Assembly (NCBI GenBank): GCA_965202985.1
Contig: CBDBCF010000001.1
Span: 2,144,001 to 2,208,000, forward strand
DNA: 64,000 bases
Direction of reading: 5' to 3'
DNA from: Longimicrobiales bacterium
Lineage (GTDB): Bacteria > Gemmatimonadota > Gemmatimonadetes > Longimicrobiales > Gaopeijiaceae
Part shown: positions 27,226 through 38,029 of the stretch, piece by piece
How the letters are laid out: each line of letters begins with the position of its first letter
Position numbering within the stretch: the first letter of the stretch is position 1
Position numbers and translations under genes: made by a program
The notes under the pieces: generated by a model
What the model was told of the DNA's origin: nothing
What the model saw: only the letters and a program-made list of their open reading frames with translations
Databases searched by the model: none

Positions 27226-29475
27226 TTATTTGCTGCGCCAGAATCCATCGACTAGGTAGTGTGTAGGCCCAGCCTCGTGCCGGGCAAGAAGTTGGCGGGC
27301 TAGCTCGAGTCCCGCGGCCTTGTCGACGTCGCGGCTGATGTCATACGCCTTGGCCGGGACGATGCAGTTAGGACACCCCTTCCGGCAACTACAATTTTCT
27401 GCAACCCTGATGCCTTCCCGCAACACTTTGTCCCAAACGCTGAAGAACCTATTGGCGATTCCGATCCCGCCACTGTGGCGCTCATAGCAATACGCCGCCT
27501 GAGCCGTGGAGTAGGTGCTTACATCGAATCGATCTATTGGCAGGACGAACAGCGAGCCTATGCGCATCATGTGTTCTACTCCCCCAGCTGCCGCCGTCCA
27601 GCCCTTGGGAGCCGGCGATTCCAGCCAGAACGCGTGTATCTTACTGCTGGACATGGCTGCCTTGGTCGGGTCGTAATGAATTCGCTCGTCCGTCTGCGTA
27701 TTGACGAGGTGGTAGCCTTCGAACCGATGCGTAATGGACACGGCACCGTAGTATGCCGCCACGGTCTCGTCGTATCTGATTCCTTGGAAGGGATGTTCAT
27801 ATGGATGGAGCGTCGTAAAGAACACCGGCTCCGTTCGGCGATTCAGTTCCGCCTTCCCAAGTACGATCTCGCCCGCTTGGTGGGCCTTGATCACGTAGTG
27901 CTGACCCCTAAAAGGAAAAATTGCCCCAATGTACGCCTCCCGAAAGCGGCGAAGCTCCGAAATGTCACCTATCTCCGTTCCGCCATCCATGAGTCTGAAC
28001 GAGTTTCCGTACATCCCTCGCAGCGGTAGCCTCAACTGAGGCCGGAAACCCTTGGGCAGACCCACATCGGCTTCCAACGCGGTCTTGTAAAAGGCAGGGC
28101 CAAGCCACTTTTCGTCCGAGGGGCGCACTGCGTCAACTTCCTTGATTAGCGAGGGAACGTGGTTGTCGATCACGTCTTGGTTGCTGGGATCTACCACTAG
28201 CTCGTCGAAAGGCTTGTCCAGAAAGGCCTCTATGTTGGCGACGAAAAAGGAATCGATGGGATCGTTCATGGCGTAGGCTACGACGTAGGCGTCCTTATCC
28301 CACTTTCGTCCTGCCCGTCCGATCTGCTGCCACGCCGACATGATGGTGGCCGGAAAGCCAGCCAGGATGATGGCGTCCAGTCCGCCGATATCGATGCCCA
28401 GCTCGAGGGCGTTCGTCGTAAACACGATGCGAACCCTGCCATTCTTGATCCGTTGTTGAATATCCTGCTTGGTATCGCCCTTGATGTCCGCATGAAACGC
28501 ATCGGCTTCGGTGGGGTCCTCGTCGTATTCTTCTAGCTCATGTCTGCATTGCCTAAGGGCGTGCTCCAGGAACCGCTTGCTAGGGCAGAAGACCAGGACT
28601 TGTTCCCGTCGCTTCCAGAACGTCAGCGCGGCACGCACGATCCGCGACCGCAATATGTCCATGTACTTGAAATCCGGTATCGCGGGCCTGACGAATACGA
28701 AGTGGCGCCTTGGCCGCAGGACCTCCGTTGCCGACACGAGTTCGACGTCGAGTCCGGTCAGGTGCTTCGCGTGCTCAGCCGGGTTCGCGCAGGTGGCTGT
28801 TGACAGAAACACGGTCGGTTGAGTACCAAGGCGGTCTAATAGAGTGAAGAGCCGTCGAAATAACAGCGCCGCATTCGTACCGAAATAGCCGCGGTATTCG
28901 TGCATCTCGTCGATGACTACATAACGCAAGTTGGGCAGGAAGCCGTTGTCGATCCATTGTTCTTTGTAGCCGAGGAACGCCATATTGAGGTAGTCGGGCG
29001 TGGTGAACAAACAGTGACACGGTGTAGAGCGGAGTACACTCTTGATGTAATCCGGCGTGTCCCCGTCGTAGGGAAAGGACTCGACTTCCAGCGGCTTGCC
29101 GAGTTCGCTAAGCTGGTTGTGCTGGTCGAAGGCAAGCGCCTTCATGGGGTAGATCAGCAGGGCGTGCCCGTCCGGGTCGCGGCGCAGCGCATCAAGTATC
29201 GGGATTGTGAAGGCCAGGGTCTTTCCACTGGCCGTTGGGGATTCCAGCACGACATGTCGCCCCTCGAGGGATCGCTGCACAGCGTAGTACTGGTGCCGGT
29301 AGGGGCGCTGGAGCCCGAGGTCGGCAAGTTTGGCTCGAATCTCGGAACGCACCTCAGTCGGCCATTCGGCCATAACGTCGGGCTGGATTGAGTCCAAGCT
29401 GCCAGTCTCGACGGTGTCTCTGTCGCGAAGGGCGTCAAGCTCCGAGAGGTGCCTGATGAGATCGTGAACGGACAT
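27226..29475 (-). CDS. SF2 DEAD/DEAH helicase with C-terminal DUF1998 Zn site (Hrq1/MrfA-like)
   Basis: PYRHQ, PTASGKT, YPMKAL, DEMH, TNALELGIDIG, QQIGRAGR; GGIG and CSCRKGCPNC. Confidence 0.88.
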   Translation of the reverse strand: MSVHDLIRHLSELDALRDRDTVETGSLDSIQPDVMAEWPTEVRSEIRAKLADLGLQRPYRHQYYAVQRSLEGRHVVLESPTASGKTLAFTIPILDALRRDPDGHALLIYPMKALAFDQHNQLSELGKPLEVESFPYDGDTPDYIKSVLRSTPCHCLFTTPDYLNMAFLGYKEQWIDNGFLPNLRYVVIDEMHEYRGYFGTNAALLFRRLFTLLDRLGTQPTVFLSTATCANPAEHAKHLTGLDVELVSATEVLRPRRHFVFVRPAIPDFKYMDILRSRIVRAALTFWKRREQVLVFCPSKRFLEHALRQCRHELEEYDEDPTEADAFHADIKGDTKQDIQQRIKNGRVRIVFTTNALELGIDIGGLDAIILAGFPATIMSAWQQIGRAGRKWDKDAYVVAYAMNDPIDSFFVANIEAFLDKPFDELVVDPSNQDVIDNHVPSLIKEVDAVRPSDEKWLGPAFYKTALEADVGLPKGFRPQLRLPLRGMYGNSFRLMDGGTEIGDISELRRFREAYIGAIFPFRGQHYVIKAHQAGEIVLGKAELNRRTEPVFFTTLHPYEHPFQGIRYDETVAAYYGAVSITHRFEGYHLVNTQTDERIHYDPTKAAMSSSKIHAFWLESPAPKGWTAAAGGVEHMMRIGSLFVLPIDRFDVSTYSTAQAAYCYERHSGGIGIANRFFSVWDKVLREGIRVAENCSCRKGCPNCIVPAKAYDISRDVDKAAGLELARQLLARHEAGPTHYLVDGFWRSK

Positions 29476-29657
29476 GGGAGTCAGGTGGGTTGAAGGGTAC
29501 GATCAATCCTCGCATAGTAGATTGCGGGGAACGCTGTCGCAAATGGCGACTCTCAGGTCAAGCGAGCCGCAAGAGAAAGGTGGGCGGCTTGAAGGCTCAC
29601 AGCATGCCCACATAGTGGGGGGATCGCGACGCCAGGGTCCGACGTAGCGCGAGACCT

Positions 29658-30539
29658 TCACGATCCCGCCTCCACCAAGCCCGCCCCCACCGCCTCCCCC
29701 GCCGCCCGGTACCCCTCGTCCAGGAAGTGCGGGATCGCGCCGAAGTCGAAGGTGCCGTAGCCGTCCAGGTCGGGGGAGACCTGCACGGTAGGGAGCGAGC
29801 GGTGCTGGGCCATCAGGGCGCGGTGGCGGTTGCGGATCATGATGCCCATCGCGCGCTGGTGGATCGCGACCAGGCCCTCGCGCACCAGGCCGGTGCCGGC
29901 CACGCTGCCGAAGCCGAGCACGTCCACGCTCACGACGCCGCTGGCCCCGGCTTCGACGGCCCGCTCCAGGGGCACCACTTGGTCCAGGCCGCCGTCCAGG
30001 TAGAAGGCGCCGTCGTGCTCGAAGGGCGGGTACAGGACGGGAAGCGCGGCGGAGGCGTACACGGCGTCCACGGGGGACACGTCGGTTCGCGCGCCGTGGC
30101 CGAACCACTCGGTGCGTCCGGTCTCCATGTCCACGGCGTTGACCAGCAGGGGCGTCCACAGCTCCTCCCAGCGGCGGGCGGGAAGCGTTTCCTCGATGTA
30201 CGACCGCAGCACGTCGCCGCGGAAGACGCTCACGGCCTTGATGCCGCTGATCCACGCGGCGCGGCGGTTCACGCGGATGATGTCGGACCGGCGCAGGCGG
30301 CGAGCCACCCGGTACATCTCGCCCGCGTCCATGCCCGCGGCGATGCAGGCGGCCACCATTGCCCCGATCGAGCAGCCGATCACGCCGGCGAACGTCGTGC
30401 CGGTCTCCTGCAACCGTCGCCAAGCGCCCACGTGCGCCAAGCCCTTGATCCCGCCGCCGCCCAGCACCAGCCACGGCCGCGGCCCCAGCGACGCCAGCGG
30501 GGCATCGGGCGCGCTCCTCGGCAAGTCTTTGTCTGCCAT
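29658..30539 (-). CDS. Patatin-like phospholipase
   Basis: LGGGGIKG, GCSIG and DGG motifs. Confidence 0.9.
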   Translation of the reverse strand: MADKDLPRSAPDAPLASLGPRPWLVLGGGGIKGLAHVGAWRRLQETGTTFAGVIGCSIGAMVAACIAAGMDAGEMYRVARRLRRSDIIRVNRRAAWISGIKAVSVFRGDVLRSYIEETLPARRWEELWTPLLVNAVDMETGRTEWFGHGARTDVSPVDAVYASAALPVLYPPFEHDGAFYLDGGLDQVVPLERAVEAGASGVVSVDVLGFGSVAGTGLVREGLVAIHQRAMGIMIRNRHRALMAQHRSLPTVQVSPDLDGYGTFDFGAIPHFLDEGYRAAGEAVGAGLVEAGS

Positions 30540-30712
30540 TTGACCCCTCCGATCATTCAAGGTAGCTTCAAGGGCTACACGCCGGCTTCGACCGGCCTTC
30601 CGCAGGCGTCTCCGGGAGCTTCCCGCTGGAACCCGTCGGGCGCTTCGCCTCCCACCCGACCACCCGACCGCTCCCGGTCGGATCGCTACCCAGCTTCGGA
30701 GATTTGCCGTAA

Positions 30713-31486
<774 letters not shown>

Positions 31487-31526
31487 GCCGAAACACCCGC
31501 ACACCGCGACACAACAGGAGAAGACT

Positions 31527-32942
31527 ATGCCGCAGAACGAACTCGTACACGACCTGGGGCTGGACGACTACAAGTTCGGGTTCGTCACCGACTCCACGCC
31601 CGTCTTCCGCACGCGGCCCGGGCTGGACGCCGAGATCGTGCGCCAGATATCCGCGCGCAAGGACGAGCCGCAGTGGATGCTGGACCTGCGCTTGAAGGCG
31701 CTCAGGGTGTACGAATCCAAGCCGATGCCGGGCTGGGGCGGGGACCTGTCCGAGCTGCAGGAGACGCTGGACCAGACCTACTTCTACGTGAAGCCGCAAG
31801 AGAAGATGGAGCGGTCCTGGGACGACGTGCCGGACAACATCAAGGAGACCTTCGAGCGGCTGGGCATTCCCGAGGCCGAGCGAAAGATCCTGGCCGGCGT
31901 GGGCGCCCAGTACGACTCGGAGATGGTCTACCACTCGCTCAAGGAGGAGTGGGAGTCCAGGGGCGTCATCTTCGACTCGATCGAGGACGGGCTCAAGAAC
32001 CATCCCGAGCTGTTTCGGAAGCACTTCGGCACGGTGATCCCCGCGGCGGACAACAAGTTCGCGGCGCTCAACTCGGCGGTCTGGTCCGGCGGTTCGTTCG
32101 TGTACATTCCGCCGGGCGTGCGGCTGGAAACGCCGCTCCAGGCGTACTTCCGGGTCAACCAAGAGCGGCTGGGCCAGTTCGAGCGCACGCTGATCATCGC
32201 GGGCGAAGGGTCGCGCGCGCACTACATCGAAGGCTGCACGGCGCCGGTGTACTCCACGGACTCGTTCCACTCGGGCGTGATCGAGATCATCGTCAACCGG
32301 GGCGCGCAGTTCCGGTACACGACGATCCAGAACTGGTCCAACAACATGTACAACTTGGTCACGCAGCGGGCGCTCGTGCACCAGGACGCGCACATGGAGT
32401 GGCTGGACGGGAACCTGGGCTCCAAGCTGACGATGAAGTACCCGTCGTGCTTCTTGATGGGCGAAGGCGCCCACGGCGACATCCTGTCGATCGCGTACGC
32501 GGGCGACGGGCAGCACCAGGACACCGGCGGCAAGGTCGTGCACGTGGCGCCCCACACCACGTCGAGCATCGTGTCCAAGTCGATCTCCAAGGGCACGGGC
32601 CGGTCGTCGTACCGGGGCTTGTGCAAGGTGTACGACGGCGCCCGCAACGCGCGTTCCAACGTGGAGTGCGACGCGCTGCTCATCAACGAGACTTCGCGCA
32701 CGGACACGTTCCCCTACATCGAGATCGACGAGAAGAGCGCCACCGTCGGGCACGAGGCCACCGTGTCCAAGGTGGGCGACGAGCAGCTCTTCTACCTGAT
32801 GAGCCGCGGCATGGACGAGGCGGAGGCGATGGCGCTGATCGTGCGCGGCTTCATCGAGCCGATCGCCAAGGAGCTGCCGCTGGAGTACGCGGTCGAGCTC
32901 AACCGGCTCATCGAGCTGGAGATGGAAGGGAGCGTGGGCTAG
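31527..32942 (+). CDS. sufB: Fe-S cluster assembly protein SufB
   Basis: [52 protein letters not shown]. Confidence 0.97.
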   Translation: MPQNELVHDLGLDDYKFGFVTDSTPVFRTRPGLDAEIVRQISARKDEPQWMLDLRLKALRVYESKPMPGWGGDLSELQETLDQTYFYVKPQEKMERSWDDVPDNIKETFERLGIPEAERKILAGVGAQYDSEMVYHSLKEEWESRGVIFDSIEDGLKNHPELFRKHFGTVIPAADNKFAALNSAVWSGGSFVYIPPGVRLETPLQAYFRVNQERLGQFERTLIIAGEGSRAHYIEGCTAPVYSTDSFHSGVIEIIVNRGAQFRYTTIQNWSNNMYNLVTQRALVHQDAHMEWLDGNLGSKLTMKYPSCFLMGEGAHGDILSIAYAGDGQHQDTGGKVVHVAPHTTSSIVSKSISKGTGRSSYRGLCKVYDGARNARSNVECDALLINETSRTDTFPYIEIDEKSATVGHEATVSKVGDEQLFYLMSRGMDEAEAMALIVRGFIEPIAKELPLEYAVELNRLIELEMEGSVG

Positions 32943-32947
32943 CCGGC

Positions 32948-34411
32948 ATGGCGAAGACAGCGGCGGCGGGAAGGCCGGCCGGGCCGGGGGTGCACAAGAG
33001 CGCGGAGAACGGCGAGCGCCGGGCGGTCGGCCGAGACGCGGTTGCGGAGGCCGGTGCCGGCGACCCGCCCTGGCTCCGGGCGCGGCGGGAAGAGGCGTGG
33101 GCGGTCTACGAGGCCACGCCGATGCCGTCCACGCGCTCCGAGGAGTGGCGGTACACGGACTTGGGGCGACTGCTGGACCTGGATCGGCTGTCGGTGCGCG
33201 CGCAGGCGGGGGCGTCAAGCGCACGGCAGGGCACGGGGAGCGTCGGGGGCAGTGCGGGCGACGGCAGTGTAGGCGCCGCCGGCGGCCCGTTCCCCAGCGG
33301 CTTGCAGGCCGCCATGGACCAGGACCGGGAGGGCGCCGGGCGGGTCGTGGACGTGGACGGGGGCGTGGTTTCGGTGGCGCTTGATGAGGCACTGGCCGAG
33401 CAGGGGGTCGTGCTGGCGTCGTTGCGGGACGCGGCCCGGCGCGACTTGGAGGACGTCGAGGCGTGGTTGGCCACCGAGGCGGTGCCTGCGTCGGACGGCA
33501 AGTTTCCCGCGCTGAACGCCGCGTTGTGGAGCGACGGCGTGTACTTGCGGGTCCCCAAGGGCGTGTCGCTGGACCGGCCGATTCGTTTGAGCCGCTGGGT
33601 TTCGGAGGCGGGCACGGCGACCTTCACGCGCATTTTGATCGTGGCGGAAGAGGGGAGCCGCGTGTCGTTCGTGGACGAGATCTTGTCGCCCGACTTCGCG
33701 GGGGCGGACAAGGCGGCGCAGGCGGACGCCCCGGCGCTGGCCGGCACGGCCGTCGAGGTCTTCGCGCGGGCCGGCGCACAAGTGCAGTACGTGTCGCTGC
33801 AACGCATGGGGCGCGGCGGGTTCTACATGGCGCACCAGCGGACGCTCGCGGAACGCGACTCCACGCTGGACACGCTGAACGTGGCACTGGGCGGCTCGGT
33901 GGGTCGGGTGGACTTGAACGCCAGGCTGCTGGGGCCGGGCGCCAACAGCGACATGCTGGGCTTGTACTTCGGCGACGACGACCAGCACTTCGACTTCAAC
34001 ACCAGCCAAGACCACGTGGCGCCGAACGCGCACAGCGATCTCTTGTACAAGGGCGCGCTGGACGGCTCGTCGCGAGGCGTCTTTCGGGGGATCATCCGCG
34101 TTCACGAAGGTGCGCAGCGCACCGACGCCTATCAGACCAACCGCAACTTGATCTTGTCGGAGCAGGCGGTGGCCACGTCGTTGCCCAACTTGGAGATCGG
34201 CGCCGACGACGTGCGCTGCTCCCACGGCGCCACGGTGGGCCAGCTGGACATGGAAGCGCTCTTCTACCTGATGAGCCGCGGCTTGGAGCGGCGGCAAGCC
34301 GAGCGCTTGGTCGTGCTGGGCTTCCTGGGCGAAGTGCTGTCCAAGCTGCCGCTGGGCGGCGTCGCGGAGAAGGTGACGCGGGCGATCGAAACCAAGCTTC
34401 GGCATGGGTGA
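32948..34411 (+). CDS. sufD: Fe-S cluster assembly protein SufD
   Basis: [45 protein letters not shown]. Confidence 0.93.
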   Translation: MAKTAAAGRPAGPGVHKSAENGERRAVGRDAVAEAGAGDPPWLRARREEAWAVYEATPMPSTRSEEWRYTDLGRLLDLDRLSVRAQAGASSARQGTGSVGGSAGDGSVGAAGGPFPSGLQAAMDQDREGAGRVVDVDGGVVSVALDEALAEQGVVLASLRDAARRDLEDVEAWLATEAVPASDGKFPALNAALWSDGVYLRVPKGVSLDRPIRLSRWVSEAGTATFTRILIVAEEGSRVSFVDEILSPDFAGADKAAQADAPALAGTAVEVFARAGAQVQYVSLQRMGRGGFYMAHQRTLAERDSTLDTLNVALGGSVGRVDLNARLLGPGANSDMLGLYFGDDDQHFDFNTSQDHVAPNAHSDLLYKGALDGSSRGVFRGIIRVHEGAQRTDAYQTNRNLILSEQAVATSLPNLEIGADDVRCSHGATVGQLDMEALFYLMSRGLERRQAERLVVLGFLGEVLSKLPLGGVAEKVTRAIETKLRHG

Positions 34412-34748
34412 GACGGGCGGCGACGCCGGAGGGCCGGGACCCGGCTGGGTTCGGGTGGCCGCCGCCGCCGACGTGCCGCCGGGCGGGCTCATGCCCGTCG
34501 ACGCGGGCAACGAGCGTATCGTGCTGGCCCACGCGGACGACGGCATTTGCGCCGTCGAGGACCGCTGCTCGCATCAGGACTTTCCCTTGTCGTCGGGACA
34601 GCTGGACGGCTGCGAGCTGGAGTGTCCCTACCACGGCGCGGCGTTCGACGTGCGCACGGGGCGCGCGACCCGGCTTCCGGCCGTGCGTCCGGTTCGGACT
34701 TTCGCGGTCGAGGTGCGCGACGACAGCGTCTACGTGAAAGTTGGCTGA
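34404..34748 (+). CDS. Rieske-type ferredoxin
   Basis: CSH and CPYHG motifs; typical suf-operon position. Confidence 0.9.
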   Translation: MGETGGDAGGPGPGWVRVAAAADVPPGGLMPVDAGNERIVLAHADDGICAVEDRCSHQDFPLSSGQLDGCELECPYHGAAFDVRTGRATRLPAVRPVRTFAVEVRDDSVYVKVG

Positions 34749-35988
34749 ACGGGCCGGGCGATTGGACGTAGCGGCCGTCCGCCGGGACTTTCCCATCTTG
34801 GATCAGATGGTGGACGGCAAGCCCCTGATCTACCTGGACAACGCCGCCTCTTCCCAGAAGCCGCGCCAAGTCGTGGAGGCCGTCAGTCGCTACTACCTGC
34901 ACGACCACGCAAACGTGCACCGGGGCGTGCACGAACTGGCGCGCCGGGCGACGGAGGCGTACGAAGGCAGCCGCGAGCGCGTGGCGCGCTGGTTGGGGGC
35001 CGCGGACGCGCACGAGGTGGTGTGGACGCGAGGCACAAGCGAGGCGCTGAACTTGCTCGCGTTCTCGATCGGGGAAGCGCGGGTCGGTGCCGGCGACGAG
35101 ATCGTGGCGTCCGAGATGGAGCACCACTCGAACTTGGTGCCTTGGCAGCTGTTGGCCGTGCGAAAGGGCGCGCGACTGCGGCTTGTGCGTCTCACCGACG
35201 ACGGCCGCTTGGACCTGGACCACTTGGCCGGCCTGCTCGGAGCGCGAACCAAGGTCGTGGCCCTGTCGCACGTGTCGAACGCCTTGGGCACGATCAACCC
35301 GGTGGCCGAGATCGGGCGTTTGGTGCGCGAGCGGTCCGACGCCGCCTTCGTCCTGGACGGTGCCCAGGGTGCGCCCCACTTGGCCCTGGACGTGCGGTCG
35401 CTCGGTTGCGACGCCTACGCCTTCTCCGGCCACAAGATGTGCGGCCCGACGGGCGCGGGCGGCCTGTGGGCGCGGCCAGCGCTGCTGGACGAGATGCCCC
35501 CCTATCAAGGCGGCGGCGAGATGATCGAGCACGTGTACCGCGACCACAGCACGTGGGCCGAGCCGCCGCACAAGTTCGAGGCCGGCACGCCCAACATCGC
35601 CGGTGCCGTGGGCTTGGCGGCGGCCGCCGAGTACTTGGAGGGAGTCGGACTGGACGCTGTTCACCAGCACGAGTCGGCCCTGGCGGAGCGGGCGGTGGAA
35701 GCGTTGTCGGAGGTGGACGGCCTGCGGGTGCTGGGGCCGTCCGAGGCCAGCCAGCGGGCGGGCGTGGTGCCGTTCGTGATCGAAGGCGTCGCTGCGCAAG
35801 ACGTGGCCACGATCCTGGACGCGGAAGGCATCGCCGTGCGCGCCGGCCATCACTGCGCCCAGCTGGTGGTGGACCGCTACGGCGTGACCGCCACCGTCCG
35901 TGCATCCTTTTACCTTTACAACTCGCTCCAAGAGGTCGAGCGCCTGGCCGAAGGCGTGCGCATGGCCCGGAAGATGCTGGGCGGCTAG
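34741..35988 (+). CDS. sufS: Cysteine desulfurase SufS
   Basis: YLDNAASSQKP, EHHSN, FSGHKM (PLP Lys), RAGHHCA. Confidence 0.96.
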   Translation: MAERAGRLDVAAVRRDFPILDQMVDGKPLIYLDNAASSQKPRQVVEAVSRYYLHDHANVHRGVHELARRATEAYEGSRERVARWLGAADAHEVVWTRGTSEALNLLAFSIGEARVGAGDEIVASEMEHHSNLVPWQLLAVRKGARLRLVRLTDDGRLDLDHLAGLLGARTKVVALSHVSNALGTINPVAEIGRLVRERSDAAFVLDGAQGAPHLALDVRSLGCDAYAFSGHKMCGPTGAGGLWARPALLDEMPPYQGGGEMIEHVYRDHSTWAEPPHKFEAGTPNIAGAVGLAAAAEYLEGVGLDAVHQHESALAERAVEALSEVDGLRVLGPSEASQRAGVVPFVIEGVAAQDVATILDAEGIAVRAGHHCAQLVVDRYGVTATVRASFYLYNSLQEVERLAEGVRMARKMLGG

Positions 35989-36022
35989 TCCATCCAGCGA
36001 GACGAACAGAAAGGAAGACGAC

Positions 36023-36676
36023 TTGGTGAAGACGAGGACAAGACTTCGGAGCAGGATCACCTTGATGCGCTTGGCCGCGGTCTCGTTGGTCTGGCTTGTG
36101 CAGGGATGCGGCGACAGCCCTGGACAGTCCGGCGGCCCCGCGCCCGAGCCCGACCCCTACGTGTCCACCGAAGTCCCGCAGGAGTCCATGCAGGAAGCCG
36201 ACTACGGCGACCTGGACCCGGCGGAGGTCGGCTTGGTCCTGCCCTGGACCCGCAACCGCGTGTCGAAGGACCCCACGCCGGCGGACTCGCCCGTGCGCTT
36301 GACGGACGTCGCCTTCGAGCGCCTGGCGGAGTTCGACCGCGCAGTCTTCTCGTTCGAGCCCCGCTTGCCGGGCTACCGGCTGTCGCTGGTCGCGGAAGCC
36401 GGCGGCGGTTGCGACGGCACGACGGACGCGACCGATGCCCCGGTGCACTTGGTCGTGGAGCTGGAGACGGCCCAGGCCAACGAGGACGGACAGGCCACCG
36501 TGGCGGACAGGGACCGGAGCTTGGACTACCCGGCGCTGACCACCGCCGTCCAGACATGCGACGAGGCCGGCAAGGTGCGCTGGGCGCTGGGCGTCAGCGC
36601 CGACACCGACTTCCGCATGATGGAGATGGGCGGTCAGCCGCGCCTAGTGCTGGACCTGAAGCACCCGGAGGGGTGA
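36023..36676 (+). CDS. Putative lipoprotein (AMIN-like domain)
   Basis: Lipobox LVQGC; FDRAVFSF and PRLVLDL motifs. Start uncertain (36023-36065). Confidence 0.6.
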   Translation: MVKTRTRLRSRITLMRLAAVSLVWLVQGCGDSPGQSGGPAPEPDPYVSTEVPQESMQEADYGDLDPAEVGLVLPWTRNRVSKDPTPADSPVRLTDVAFERLAEFDRAVFSFEPRLPGYRLSLVAEAGGGCDGTTDATDAPVHLVVELETAQANEDGQATVADRDRSLDYPALTTAVQTCDEAGKVRWALGVSADTDFRMMEMGGQPRLVLDLKHPEG

Positions 36677-36683
36677 TTTCGGA

Positions 36684-37419
36684 TTAGCTGGGCGACGCCG
36701 ATTCGGTGGACCCGGCCGGCCGGCGGCTCGGATTCGGGCAGCTCACGTCGATCACGACCACGCGAATCATCTGCCGCTGTTCGTCGGTCAGCTCCTCTTC
36801 CAAGGCAGCGCTTCAGCTCCTCGGGCGCGTCAGGCTTGGGATGGTGCCCGCAGGGTGGCACCACGGCGGTATGTTCGGCGCCGAACCACAAGACCACGTA
36901 GATGCCGAAGCCGCTCGACATCGGGTCCCGCGTGTACTTGGCGATCAACTGCGTCTCGATGGCGCTCCACAGCTGACGATGGCTGTTCTTCTTGATTTCG
37001 ATCGGGATCGCCCAGTCCCCGTAAGCAACACGAATATCGGCGCGCTTGTCGTCGGCATAGTGTCCCTCGGGCTGGGCATCCACACCCGCAACTAGACGTT
37101 GCCGCAGGTCCGAGAGCAGGGCGTCTCTGCAAGGATCTTCGTGACGGGGATCCGTTGCCCGACCGTGATCGTCCACCTTCCAATACTGCTTCCAGTCGTC
37201 GGTGTTGCCGTGCCGAATCTCAATGGCAAGCTCCTCAAGCTTGTTCACCAGCAAGGCGGCGAAGTCGCCAACGTTCGCAGGGGTCCCGCCGCCCAAAGTC
37301 TCCTGTACTTCACGAACGCTCGGCACCCTGTACTCGGCTACACGACGCGCGATCCGCCACTCATTGTACTTGGGTTCGACGATGTGTCGCCACGAAGCCA
37401 GGCGTGTCCATGCCCACAA
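36684..37419 (-). pseudogene. C-terminal remnant of a large NTPase-associated protein with a PD-(D/E)xK-like nuclease domain
   Basis: GGTPANVGDF, HEDPCRDALL, RADIRV...IPIEIK, GIYVVLWFG. A frameshift near 36800 hides the EEELTDEQRQMIRVVVIDVS tail; the N-terminal part is absent. Confidence 0.6.
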
Positions 37420-37640
37420 CCGCCGACTTGGCGTCCACTAGCGCGACGACTCGGTCCTCGAGGTCACTAATGCTCGAAAGGCTCCGAAGCAGGATTTCCA
37501 ATGCAAACTGCAGCCCACCAGCCTGTAAACCGTTGCAACGGCTCGGCCAACTTCCTGCCAGTCGCAATGCCGTTTCCGCTGCATTAGTCACGTAGCGATC
37601 CTCGGCGGCTAGACGCTTCATATGTTCTCCGTCCCAAATG

Positions 37641-37895
37641 TCATGTCAAACCTGCGACTTTCCCACCGCGACGAGACGCCGGTGGTCCGACCGCGCGGGC
37701 CCGCCGTTTCCGTCGGTTCGGCCGTGGGTTCGTCGGCGGCCACGTACAAGCCCGGACCCCGTTCTGGCGCAGAACATCGCGGACGATCGTCGTCTTGCCG
37801 GTCCGACGGGGGCCGATGACCGCGACGATCAGCGGCTTCTCCAGGCGCAACAACCGAAGCACCGTTTCCACGTGTTGTCTCTGAAACTGTATCAT
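37641..37895 (-). pseudogene. AAA_14-type ATPase N-terminal fragment
   Basis: IVAVIGPRRTGKTTIV Walker A, then loss of similarity after about 45 aa. Confidence 0.65.
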
Positions 37896-38029
37896 GTCAT
37901 TGAAGATACGTCGTAATGATATTTACTCAATAACATCTTCAACCAGCGATCGGGGCGACCGTTCCAGACCACGGGCGCCGGGTGCGCACGACGGGAGCGT
38001 CAGCTATCTTGCCGGCTCGCCCAACAACG

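Noticed and set aside
11582..29475. Complete Druantia type III system (DruH-like gene + DUF1998 helicase)
   Set aside because: The genes are 13 kb apart and the helicase is too short to be DruE.
31673..32947. N-terminal extension of SufD; likewise the extensions of the enoyl-CoA hydratase (37894) and DUF4249 (46732) ORFs
   Set aside because: Open alternative frames overlapping upstream genes; the real starts lie downstream.
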